NCBI GenBank assembly: GCA_054600435.1
Contig: BAAIJX010000085.1
Span: 1-60,932, forward strand
Reading direction: 5' to 3'
DNA: 60,932 nucleotides
From: Neophaeotheca triangularis
Lineage: Eukaryota
Made by a program: the position numbers and the translations under genes. This document shows, piece after piece, positions 1 through 10,904 of the stretch (within the stretch, counting starts at the first letter, position 1; each line of letters opens with the position of its first letter). The notes under the pieces are model-generated. The model was not told the DNA's origin. It saw only the letters and a program-made list of their open reading frames with translations, and ran no database searches.

Positions 1-13
1 GGTTTTTGTGGGT

Positions 14-56
<43 letters not shown>

Positions 57-83
57 GGGTTTTGGGGGTGGGGTGGGGGGGGT

Positions 84-120
<37 letters not shown>

Positions 121-130
121 GGGGGGCGGG
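1..130. repeat. Poly-G/GT low-complexity tract at window start
   Basis: Near-continuous G run with sparse T interruptions; may be partly a sequencing or assembly artefact. Confidence 0.9.
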
Positions 131-3100
131 TTGATTTGATTTGATGGGAGGGAGGGGGCTTGGGTTGCTAAACTGGGTAGGGAGGGCTTTTTTTTTTTTT
201 TTTTTGGCTTGTTTGGGGAGGTTGGGTGGTCGGGTGGTATACCTTGGTAATAATATGAAATGCGTAGAAGTTCAAGTGAAAGTTTGATGTCGAGTGGGTT
301 CATTTCACTTGCCCTCGTCTATTTAGTCGTCGAATCACACGTGGTCTCTCAACGATCCCTTATCCATACCCTACCCTAATCGTCACTATCGAGGCGCGAA
401 TATTCCACTGCGGCTTGTCTTCTCACACAGGCCTCCACAGGCAAATGGTTTTCAAGTCCCTCTTACCCTCACGCAGCCGTGCAGTTTCTACAATTGCCCA
501 AAACCCCTCTTTGCCAAAGTACCTAGCCGGCTCCACTGAGAGTGAACCAAGCATCGCCGACAACGTTCCGGAATATCTACAAACCCAAACGTCGTCGATT
601 TCCCAGCGGTCGTGCTGTCTCCAACAAGGCATTATTACAAGCGTCCATAGCCCTTCAAAAAAAAAAAAAAAAACCGTGGGTAGACTGCTTCCCGACCCTA
701 ACCCGCCGGCTCGATGGTCAAAAGGCTCGTGAGATTCAATTGTCGAGGCTACTCACACGTATAAGCTTCAAGCGGCGACGACTCTGTTGTGAGTCTCTAT
801 CACTGCATCAGAACCATCTCTCGTCCTATAAATAAAACCCGACACCGCTGGTTCTCGGGAAGAGGGAGAGTGAGAGCGTCGGTCTACTGCCTGTTGGCAC
901 CTGCTAGCAGTTGATAGGTGAGGACTTGCGATCCGAGGCGCTGGAAGGCGAGGGGTTTTGCTGCTCTTATGTCTGATGTGTGAGGTATCGAGATCTCGAG
1001 GCGACGTTTAAATGGGGGAAATACCTTTTCTCGCGCTTTCACGATCGTGTTTGTTGAGAGGGGGCGTTGGTCGAGCGGCTGGGAAGTATTGGGATGGGAG
1101 GAGAGTATTGGGAGGCGCCTGACCGGCCCTCCAATCTCGTAGGCCAAGTGAGGTTTTTTCTTTTCTTTCTTTCCCGAGCGCTTTTCTTCAGCCAGCTGAG
1201 TTACTGGCTTCGTGGCATGACAAGGGGCTTGTAGCAGCTGCTCCCAGAACCGATGTGCAGCGAGTAAAGTCTCGTAAGAGGAGAGAACGCGTCGTCTCGA
1301 GTCCAGCTTGCGTGCGAGTGAGCTCCAGAGCTCCCGCTACCGATAGAGTCACCGCTGGAAACCAGCAGACCGTAAGCAGAGCAGCGGACCTACCCATCGT
1401 CCGTTGCTTTGCTTCCACTTGACACTGGGCCATGGCGAAGATGACAGGGTCTGGACTCGAGAAGCGGCAGCGGCGCAACCGATTTCCCCCCCAAAGAACG
1501 CATTGCCTGGATGGAGTAAGAACTTGTAGACAGTTGACTAGACGACCTCTCGGCTCGCCCAAAGACCAGCAGCGATTGCGTGATACCTCGCTAGCCCGGA
1601 GTGGCCGTCAAAGTAGACCGACGAAGAGGTCTCGACGCGGCATGCCGGGCTTCGTGGTACTCCTGCAGTGGTCCCCAAACCCAGGGGCGTCTGCGTGTTT
1701 ACCGTGGTATTGGGAGCTGGTAGCCTGATATTGTGATGGAGCCAGATTGAGTTTGGACCATGAGCCGTTACTGTCCATTCGATCGTGCTGGTTCCAGAGC
1801 GTCGTGTGCGATGCTCAAGATCAAGATTGTGTCTCATCGACCACCTGTGACTAACTTATTATTACAGTCCCGGGTGCCCGCCTGTTCGAAACGAAAAGCC
1901 ATGTGCGACACAAACACGGCTGGAAAAGCTGCCGGAGAAAAGCCCATGAACGAACGCATCCACCCCAGCAAGGGAAATCAATAAAGATGATGACGGCGAC
2001 GATTGAAGATGCCGTCGACTCATTCATCGAGAGTACCTAAATTTAAGTTCAGTAATGCCCAGAACAAGAAACCCAAGCTGAACGCGTCGTGGACTCCACT
2101 TGCACGCCGAAACACGCCTTTCTCTCTCTCGATGATGCCAACCCAAGCGACGGGACTCGCAAGAAAAACGCCCGGACGACTAATGAATGACGAAAACCCC
2201 CAAGGAACTTTGATTCCGCCCGGGAGAAACTCTCCGCCAGCCCACCGTCCATAATCAATGGGTGGCTTGCCTGTCAAAAAACGGTAACTAGGTGGTGTAC
2301 ACACAATAATACCTTAATAATCAACACACGACGACAACGTCATCACTACTTGGGAGAGACGTGCGTCGCGACAAGGAACATCAATTATAAATACCATCAA
2401 TCTTCCACAATTCGGCGTGCCCGCCCAGCGCCCAAGCGAGCATGCAACACTATTGATAAAAAATGCCAAATCAAATGCCAAGGACCTTGAGAACGAGAGC
2501 GGAAACGCACGTACGATTGAGTTGCTGTTCAGTTCCCACACCGCGGCGATCAAAGCAGCCATGATTGAAAAGGAGTAGTAGTCATGCTCTAATAACAATA
2601 ATAATAATAATAATAATCATAAAAATCATAAAAATTCTTGGCCGATATACTCGTTCTCGGCCGAGAGAAGTGACAACGAAAACAACACGTGAAAGCGGCT
2701 GCTGCTTTTTCACTCACAATCCCGCCTTTTGCATTATCTTGTATACAGGGGGAAAAAAAAGGAAAAAAAAAAAAAGGTCGGTACGAAAAAGCAACAACTT
2801 CCATAAACCCTTGCACACCGGAGCGTCCGGAGCCCGGCTCGCCCCACCAAGGAAAGGGAACTCGCATGTCTCGGACTCTCAGCCTTGCCAAGGCAACTTT
2901 TAGGTTGCTGATGTTGATGAAAAGCGAGATCTGCGCTTGATTTGCATCCACTGCAGATCCCGACGCGTCCGACGCCGAGCCTCTCCAGTCGCCTCCGCAA
3001 TCGGCGACGTTTCGGCGCTGATGCTTTGTTTGATGTTTTTTTTTTCTTTTTTTTTTTTTCTGTGCTGAAGTTTTTGTTCAGCTGGAAAGGTCAAGGTGGG

Positions 3101-3403
3101 CATGTGAAGGTTTGTTGGTGCTGACTCGAGTTGGGAGGATAGGAAGAGAGAGGGGGAGCGGTAAGGGATATTGTTCAGATGGTTTCAATTCGTAGCTAGC
3201 TTTATCTACCTTGGCTATTGCGTCGTAGACTTTGCGTCGTAATGCGTGGAGACATGTGCCAATGTCGTGAGATGAGATCTTCATGCCGTAGTTTCCCCCT
3301 CCCTTCCCCTATCATAAACGCCTTCGCTCAAAAAGCTTTCGCACATGGGTATCACTCGCTAAACGCTTCAGTCAAAAACAGTCGGATCAAAGTCAATGCT
3401 TGC

Positions 3404-4201
3404 TTAGCAAGCTGCTATCATTGGTGCCGACTGTTGTTGCTGGTGTTGTTGTTGTTGTTGCGGTAGGTAGTGGTCTTGGAGTGCTTGTTGCGACTTTCCA
3501 GTGTAGAAGCTGGTCGCCATGAGAGATTGACGTTCTTTGTCGTCGAGCTCCATCGATGTGTCTTCTGGTGATGAAGGCATGGAATCGTCTTCTGAGTCCG
3601 AGTCCGAGTCGTGGAGTAGTTCTGGTGGAGAGTGGACATTTGACGCGACCCGTGTGAGAGCAAGGCCGTCTTCGTAGTCCTCGTCGTACTCAGCATCGTC
3701 GTCCGAGTCCACATCCATATCTTCGGAAAGCTCGACTGATGAAAAGGTGACGGGCGGTGATCGGACGCGGCGAGCAGGTACAGTGTATTGTTCTGCATCC
3801 TCGTCGTAAAAGTCGGATTCCGAGTCTGCGTCGGAATCGTCGTCGGATTCGCTGTCAACGTCGATTGCGTCGATCCACTGGATGTGCTTTGGCTCCTCTG
3901 GCTTGGAAGCTTTGCGAACGCTTTGGTTGAACCAAGCCTCTTGATCCTTCTCGGCGTCGGCAAGCTCGATCATCAAAGTGTCGAGTAGGTTGGCGTGACC
4001 GACTAGTCGTCGAAGGTTGTGATCTCCTCGGCTGGCCTCACGACCAAGCTTCGATCTTGCAGTCGATGCAACGAGGTACGTCTGTGTGAGCGACATCTTC
4101 TGCTTCTTCGCAGGTGGAGGCGGCGACGGTGAGATTTGGTGGATGGCGTGTGCTGATATTGGTTCTTCGAAGGAAGACTGGAGTCGAAGGTGGGAAGGCA
4201 T
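3404..4201 (-). CDS. Ecm13-like conserved fungal protein with acidic low-complexity C-terminal half
   Basis: 265-aa ORF with the motif MSLTQTYLVASTARSKLGREASRGDHNLRRLVGHANLLDTL, which I recall as typical of Ecm13-like proteins; D/E/S-rich and poly-Q tail. Confidence 0.7.
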   Translation of the reverse strand: MPSHLRLQSSFEEPISAHAIHQISPSPPPPAKKQKMSLTQTYLVASTARSKLGREASRGDHNLRRLVGHANLLDTLMIELADAEKDQEAWFNQSVRKASKPEEPKHIQWIDAIDVDSESDDDSDADSESDFYDEDAEQYTVPARRVRSPPVTFSSVELSEDMDVDSDDDAEYDEDYEDGLALTRVASNVHSPPELLHDSDSDSEDDSMPSSPEDTSMELDDKERQSLMATSFYTGKSQQALQDHYLPQQQQQHQQQQSAPMIAAC

Positions 4202-7200
4202 GATTGTTATGGTGTCGGTAGGTGAGTCAGGTATAGAAGGCGTAATAGTGGTTTATTAAGGTGGAAGAAAGCTGCTTGAGTCACCAGCCAATAGTGCGTG
4301 TCTTGTAAAAGTTGGCCGAAGTCGGGACGATGATGTGGGAGGTATAGCGTATAGGGCAGAGTTCGGTGGAGATGTATGTGTCAAAGCCGGTGGTTCCTAT
4401 GAGTTGCGTGCTTGATATGTTGGTATCGAATTGTTGGTGAAGATGGTATGAGAGGAAAGGCTTGGGATGAGGCGGACAGGGAGTGGTATTTGAGCAGTCG
4501 TAAAAGTGGAAGCAAGAATGAGCCATGGATGGTACATAATAGTAGTCGTATGCGTCTGCTCAGCTGCTGACAACAACAAGATTTGCATGCACGGAGACTT
4601 CGTAACCGTGGGCCGTCAGACGGATTCAGACCCCTGCACCACAAGCTTGGTACGGCCTTAGAGGACCTTACGTGCATTATTTTCTGCCCGACCCAGCCTG
4701 CCAGCCAATCGCTGACCAACCGGCGTCGGATACGGTGTACCGTGTGGTCAGCACCGCTTCGCAAACACCGCCGTTTCCGTCTGGGGTTAAGTTAGCTTCT
4801 TCGCTGTAGCCTGTTGCGCACGTTGTTGTCGTTGTCGTCGTCGTCGTTCCGCGCCCTGCACATCATCTCAGAAATTACTGTACAGCCTCCACCGTTTCGT
4901 CTGATCAATCATCAAACCATGACTCAGTATCGTATCACATCCTTTTTGACTCAGGTTACAGCACAGACTCTCCTCTCCTCCCCTCTCCTCTCCTACTTTT
5001 TAGTACTTGTAGATATCTTGATGTCTTCCCTTAGCACTCACTACTGCCAGCGAAGCTTTGTAATTGGGTCACGGTTGACTTTGAAATCAACGACTACTAC
5101 TACTACTACAGCGTGTAAAATTTCAGTGCATGCATGATTCATCCGAGTCGCTGCCATTATGACTTGCTGCTGCATGTCTTGTAGGAGTGCAACGTAGCCG
5201 GAGACAAATAATTACAATGTCGCTGCCTTCTAGACAGACACATGCACAGACGGAGTTCATCAGACCACCACATGTCGCTTGCTAGGGCGTGTCGTAGTAT
5301 GCCCGCCCCATGTTCATGGCATATAAGCAACAGCTTCTAGCCCCAAGCCCTCTGTGGAGCCATACCACGATACAATAAATCTGTGCGTCTCGCTTGTGAG
5401 TTTGACTGATCGAGGCAGCCGTTTTATGTAGCGCCAGCGCCTCCTCCAATAATGGCGCCCTGTCTGGCGGAAACAAACGGCTTCCGCGTAGACAAAGGAT
5501 CCTACCACGATTGATATCCGTGGGCACAGTTCGTTAACACCGATGCTACTACGGACCATCTCGCATCTCGCTGGACATTTCCCAGCAAGGGCAATCACCG
5601 CGTCGTAGAATACAACAATACCTAAGGTAGGTGTAGTAGGTACCTAGATGGCGATAGAGTCGGAGCGGAGGTAAGGATTGCTGTACCTCCGAGCGTACCG
5701 CCAGCACGAACTTCTCGCGGAAACCCCGAAGCCCAGGGCACGAGCGTTTCTCGGCGAGCTCGGGCTGTGCAGCGCCGGCATTATATTCACAATTCATGTC
5801 GAATGGAACTTTATCTCGATGCCTCTCCCGTCGCTCCTGCCTTCCCCGCCATTAGTTCGTTCCATGTTCGGTGCTCGGGTACTTGGTCGGCGGTAGCGAT
5901 TCTAGCGAAACGACGTCGTGCAGGCTCCAGGAACGGCGTGTACGGACGGGCTTTGGAAACGAGGACTGACACTTGACAAGACTGCTTGGAGGGACGTCTT
6001 CCTACCCATCCTTGCGTGCAGAGATGATGGTCTAAGAGGCAACGTCCACATGCAATGATATGGTATGATTCGACTGACTGTTAGCGAGGTACGGGCTTTG
6101 CTTTCTCGCTGTACCTTAGTAATACCTTACCTACCTTACCCCTCGAGGTAGCTGCTGACACGATGTTCAGGTTGCTCAGCTCAGCTCAGCCTATTGGTGT
6201 GCGGACTTCACGACACTCTATCTCCGCTGACAAACTGCCGCTATGAGTCGACGCATTCATCGTTTAAGTTTGGGCCTTTCAGTATTTCGTCGTCGCTGTC
6301 AGAGATGCAAGACTGAGTCATCCAAGACCATGTCGAGAAATGGTTTGCTGCTTGATTGACGTTACCTGTCTTCGTAAGATTTTGGTCTATCGACAGATCA
6401 AGGAGTCACTACCCTTTACAGGTGACGACTGTACACAGAGTGCTTACCGCTCACCGCTTGATCAAGCCGACGTCTCGGTTATAAGCCCAAGGGACGGTGT
6501 GCTGGACTACTACCGTATGCCCTCGACAGTCTCGACTGGTCTCGTTACTGGGCCAAAATACTTGAAGGCTGATTTTCCGCAGCAAGATTACGAGACGATC
6601 TAATAACTCAGCACTGAATGACCTCTAGACTGTGTTTACAGCCTTACTTAGGCGAGTCTACTCATTCATAAGGCCGGTCTTACGCTGGACGCTTGCTCAG
6701 ACCATCCGCTTAATCCAGAGTCCCTTACCTGCTCCAGAAAAGGCCTTGCGAGACCGTGCCAGCAAGGCTGCATTGCCTAGTCTATGTGAAAACCCGGAGA
6801 ACACTGACTCCTCCACGGCTTCCTCGGTTTGTGCTCGAAGCGTTCGAAATGGTCGTGGCCGGCTATGCCAGGCTCAAGGATGTCTCCCGGATAACCGGAT
6901 TTCCAGTGGCCACGATCAGCTTGAGCCATGACAGCCGCGCCAAATTTCAAGCGGGTATCTGCTGAACTTGAACCTCAAGGTCTATCGAGGTACAAGGCCT
7001 TGCTGAGAGCGTTGAACTCGTGAGGTTCCTCTCCCATCTGAGCGGCCATCGTACGTCTGGTGAGCGGTTCATCCGCTGTCAATGACTAAATGTAGCCTTC
7101 GCTTGGATTATGTATACGGGCCGTTCAGGAGAGTCGACCTGTCGGGACCGAACCGACCAAGCCAAGGTTTCTCGTGCGGACGGTCAACGTTGCGCCGACA

Positions 7201-7633
7201 ATGCTTGGACAACGGGCAGGAGCACATGCAAATGGAACCCTGACTGTGACATGGCCGTACGTGAAATAACCTTAACACAGGTTTGTAAGAACTTAAGAGG
7301 CCAGCTGGTTGAAGTCAGAAGTGCACGTGGTTTTACCTTGAGCGTGCATTCCTTTGAACACCTTCAGTCGCTCCTCCATGGCCTCCCACACCTTATGTCG
7401 ACCGCGATTGCAATTTGATGGCACCTCATCTCAATATCAGAGGTCAAAGCAAACGAGTGAGCTCTGAAAGGGAAACGAATTGATGTAGAAGTAGCCAGTT
7501 TGCCATACGATCTTTGGAGTTGCGGCCCCGGTTTTTCTAGTAGCATCACGATTCATACCGGCCGGAAACAACCATTAATACTTATTACGCCAGAATAGTC
7601 ACCGGCGCCCGAAGAGCATGTCTTCCCAGCAGC

Positions 7634-8440
7634 CTACTCAGGGTACACCATCTTCCTGGTAACGCCTCCGTCCAAAACCATCTCGGCCCCCGTCACAAAC
7701 TCCTCATCGGTCAGATACCTCACAGCGCCCATTACATCCTCGACCCGGCCCACCCTCCCGGACAAATGCCACCGGTGATCCTCCTCGGTCAACCCATCCC
7801 GCCACTTCTGGCCCCTCTCATCCGCCTCCTTGCACTCATTCTCCACATGGATCCAACCGGGCAGAATCGCATTGACACGCACACCCCTCGACGCGAGCGA
7901 AACGGCCATGGACTGCGTCAGCCCCAGCAACCCAGCCTTGGTGCTCGCGTACGCTTCATTGTCGGCTTCGCTCATAAACGCGCGCGTCGAGGACATGTTG
8001 ATGATGCAGCCGCCGCGAGCGCGATCCGGGTGTTTGGCCAGCAGGTGCAAGCATTGCTGGCTCAGCATCATGGGAGCGGTCAGGTTAGTCTCGAGCGAAC
8101 AGTTCCACTCCTCGAGGCTCAGGTCTTCGAGCTTGCTCGAGCCCACGCCGCCCGTGTATGCGGCGTTGTTGACGAGCACGTCCAGGTGGCCGGAGAAGAA
8201 GGTGTCGACGAGCCGGGCGGCGTGGACGATGGCGTCGGGTTTGCGCAGGTCGCAGGCCACGGCGCGGAATTCGCTCTCGGGCACCCGCAGCGCCCCGTGG
8301 ATTTGTTGCGCCGTGTGTAGTAGTTCGTCTTCGTCTTTGTCGAGTAGTGCTACGCGGTGACCTTCTTTGAGGAGAAGGCGCGATAGCCCCCGGCCTATGC
8401 CGCGCCCGGCGCCTGTTATGAGGTAGTTCTTGGGTGCCAT
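7634..8440 (-). CDS. Classical short-chain dehydrogenase/reductase, intronless
   Basis: TGAGRGIG Rossmann motif, NNAA, catalytic S (NMSS) and YASTK (YxxxK), RVNAILPG. Confidence 0.92.
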   Translation of the reverse strand: MAPKNYLITGAGRGIGRGLSRLLLKEGHRVALLDKDEDELLHTAQQIHGALRVPESEFRAVACDLRKPDAIVHAARLVDTFFSGHLDVLVNNAAYTGGVGSSKLEDLSLEEWNCSLETNLTAPMMLSQQCLHLLAKHPDRARGGCIINMSSTRAFMSEADNEAYASTKAGLLGLTQSMAVSLASRGVRVNAILPGWIHVENECKEADERGQKWRDGLTEEDHRWHLSGRVGRVEDVMGAVRYLTDEEFVTGAEMVLDGGVTRKMVYPE

Positions 8441-8639
8441 TGTTGGGTATCATGAATTAAGGGTGTTTAGGTCGTCGCTTTGTTTCGGGTAGGTAAGGTA
8501 GGTCGGTGCCTTACGTGAGAGATGGGAAGGCAATGATGTCATTGATAGTTTTGAGTTTGCGAGTTCCCGCTGTTGTCATGGTATTTGTATTATTGTTGAA
8601 TCACACAAAACAATCTGCCATCATGTTGACAAGATACCT

Positions 8640-9923
8640 CTAGTCGGCGCCCATGACCCCGGTGTCGCCCCAATCACACGGCTGACTGCCCTTGCTCTTC
8701 TCCTCCACCGCCGACGCAAAGTCTTCCAGAAACCGCCACCGCACCTTTTGCCCAACGCCCTGCTTATGCCACTCGTTCATCGATTCGGGATACAAGGGAA
8801 ATTGAGGCGGATCCATCATGCTCTGATCGTGCGCAAGCACAATCAATACGTTTTCGTCCGGCTGTCCGTCGAACTCACCCAGTCCGGCGATCGACCAGTC
8901 GGCGAGCTCCTTGTCGTACGACAGCTGCGGCGTTACGTAGTAAAAGGGGCTCGTGGCGTTTTTGTGCCGATGGGGATGAATGCCAGCTAGCAGCTCTCCG
9001 GGACATGGTGCAGCGTGGACTCGTGGTGCGGGTGATGGGTCCAAACTTTTCGGTAGAGGCAAGTGTGGTGTCGGTCTCATTTCGCCGCTATGGTGACAAG
9101 CGTCTCCCCCACAGAAGATGAAGGTGTCGGGGTCTTTGGAGGTGCGAGCCAGACCGCAGATGTGCTCTGCGGTGTGGCCGATGGTGTACAAAAGGTAAAA
9201 GGAGCCGTCGCCGAAGAAGTCGTGGGCTTTGAATCTCCCGAAAACTGGGCTCGATTCGGGAAAACTAACTTCTCGGAGTGTACGTCCTCTGATGTCGGAG
9301 TCCAGCAAAGTCGAGTCGGGGTTTTGCGGGTAGCCAGGAAGATGGTGCTCTTCGAAGCCAGGGCCTACCACCACCTCCGTCGATGCCGGGAAGGTGGACG
9401 CGTCGCCAACATGGTCCTAGAAGGAGTCAGTCGCGAGCCGTAGGAGGTAGGGCTAGCATGAATGGGAACATACCCAATGATGGTGGCTCCAGATAATGCT
9501 TCCAATAGCACCGCCATCAACATCTACCCCGTTTTCCTTCAAAATAGTCGCAACGTCCTTGTCGACGCTAATCTCCCAACCCATCTCCTTGAACTACATC
9601 ACGTTGAACGATCAGCACGTACTCTGTTGTCCGCCACGACAACCACATACTTTTGGAAAGCTAGGCAACTTGTCAAAATCTTTCCGGACTCCCAAATCAA
9701 ACAACACCGCTTTCTGCGTAGGATGTTCAATGAGAAAACTAAAAGCCGGACCGACCAAGTGATCCTTTCCCGCATAGTTTGGTCTTAGAAACTGTTGCAT
9801 GGGCAGTTTCAACCGAGCCGTGCTGTCGATACACGACACCTTGACCGTCACATCACACTCTGGGATGTTCAAAGGCGGTGCTGGATTAGGGGCAACCAGT
9901 GGTTCTGTTTGCGCTGATGCCAT
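8640..9923 (-). CDS. Metallo-beta-lactamase-fold hydrolase (AHL-lactonase-like), 3 exons
   Basis: Exons 9923-9651, 9593-9474, 9416-8640 (GTATGT..TAG introns 9650-9594 and 9473-9417). Splicing restores HHHWDHVGD (HxHxDH); also LFDLG, GHTAEH, GDACH, AHD. Confidence 0.88.
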
Positions 9924-10904
9924 CTTCTTCTCGTCGGCTTCCTTTGCTTGCTAGTGGGTTGCTGGAAGGAGCAAATGACATTGGTAGTTTAGTTTGATGG
10001 TTTTGTGTCTTCCGGGTACCCGAGTTCTATCTACTTTTATCACGAGTCGAGCAACATGACGCAGCGATGAAGTTGCTGCGTCTCCGGAAAGAAATCCCCA
10101 CCTACCCCTGACCTACTACTGGAGTACCTGGGAGCTTGTAGCTTACGCTTTGAGCGGAGCTGTGCGATGTCTGATGTCTTGGAGTACAACATGGCCCGTT
10201 GTCGATTTCTCGCATCGCTTCCACGAGTGTCAAAGATGCAGATCTGCGTGCACGAAGAAGGAATAATAAGGTAATTATAATGGGAAGATTGGTCGGAGCA
10301 ACTGGCCGAAGCTTGGATCTAGTAGACGACCTCAGCAGCCAAGAAGCAAACAATCGATACTCTAAGTTATTACTGTACATACTAATACCTATATTATGAA
10401 CGACACATGTGAAGCCAAGTAATGTACGTTTTTGTTAGCGACATCATATCACTTTCTCATCTGATATGTCATGCATATGAATATGAATATGAATTTGAAC
10501 CGTAACGACGATACACGGCAAAGGTAAACAGACAGCCAACCTTGAGTGAACATTTAAAAAGCCCAGCAAACGTCAACGCCGACCGAAGTGACACCGCTGT
10601 GACGTCCCCCCAGCCCCACGTCAGAAGAGCAAAAGACTGCCCTGTCCCGTCGACGAGGTAAAAGGGAAAAAAGTCAACAAACTCCAATTCACCAGTTCTT
10701 AATCTCCATATCTCATCCTCACTACAATTCCAACCCCCCCTCCTCCTCCCTAAACAGCCAGGCTCGTCACAACCCAAGCAATCCTCTTCCCTGTTTTCCA
10801 ACAACCCAACCTCTCTCGAAGCGAGCAAGCTTCCCCTCCCTCAGCTCTCCACCTACCCACCCCACCTATAAGAAACAAAACCTCACCGACACCCTTCCCA
10901 CACC

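Noticed and set aside
1..130. Poly-G tract as telomere or functional G-quadruplex array
   Set aside because: No TTAGGG periodicity; such runs at sequence ends are often base-calling or assembly artefacts.
1985..2085. Possible C/D snoRNA (ATGATGA ... CTGA); a similar pattern at ~2914-3021
   Set aside because: No terminal stem and no rRNA-complementary guide I could identify; boxes this short arise by chance.
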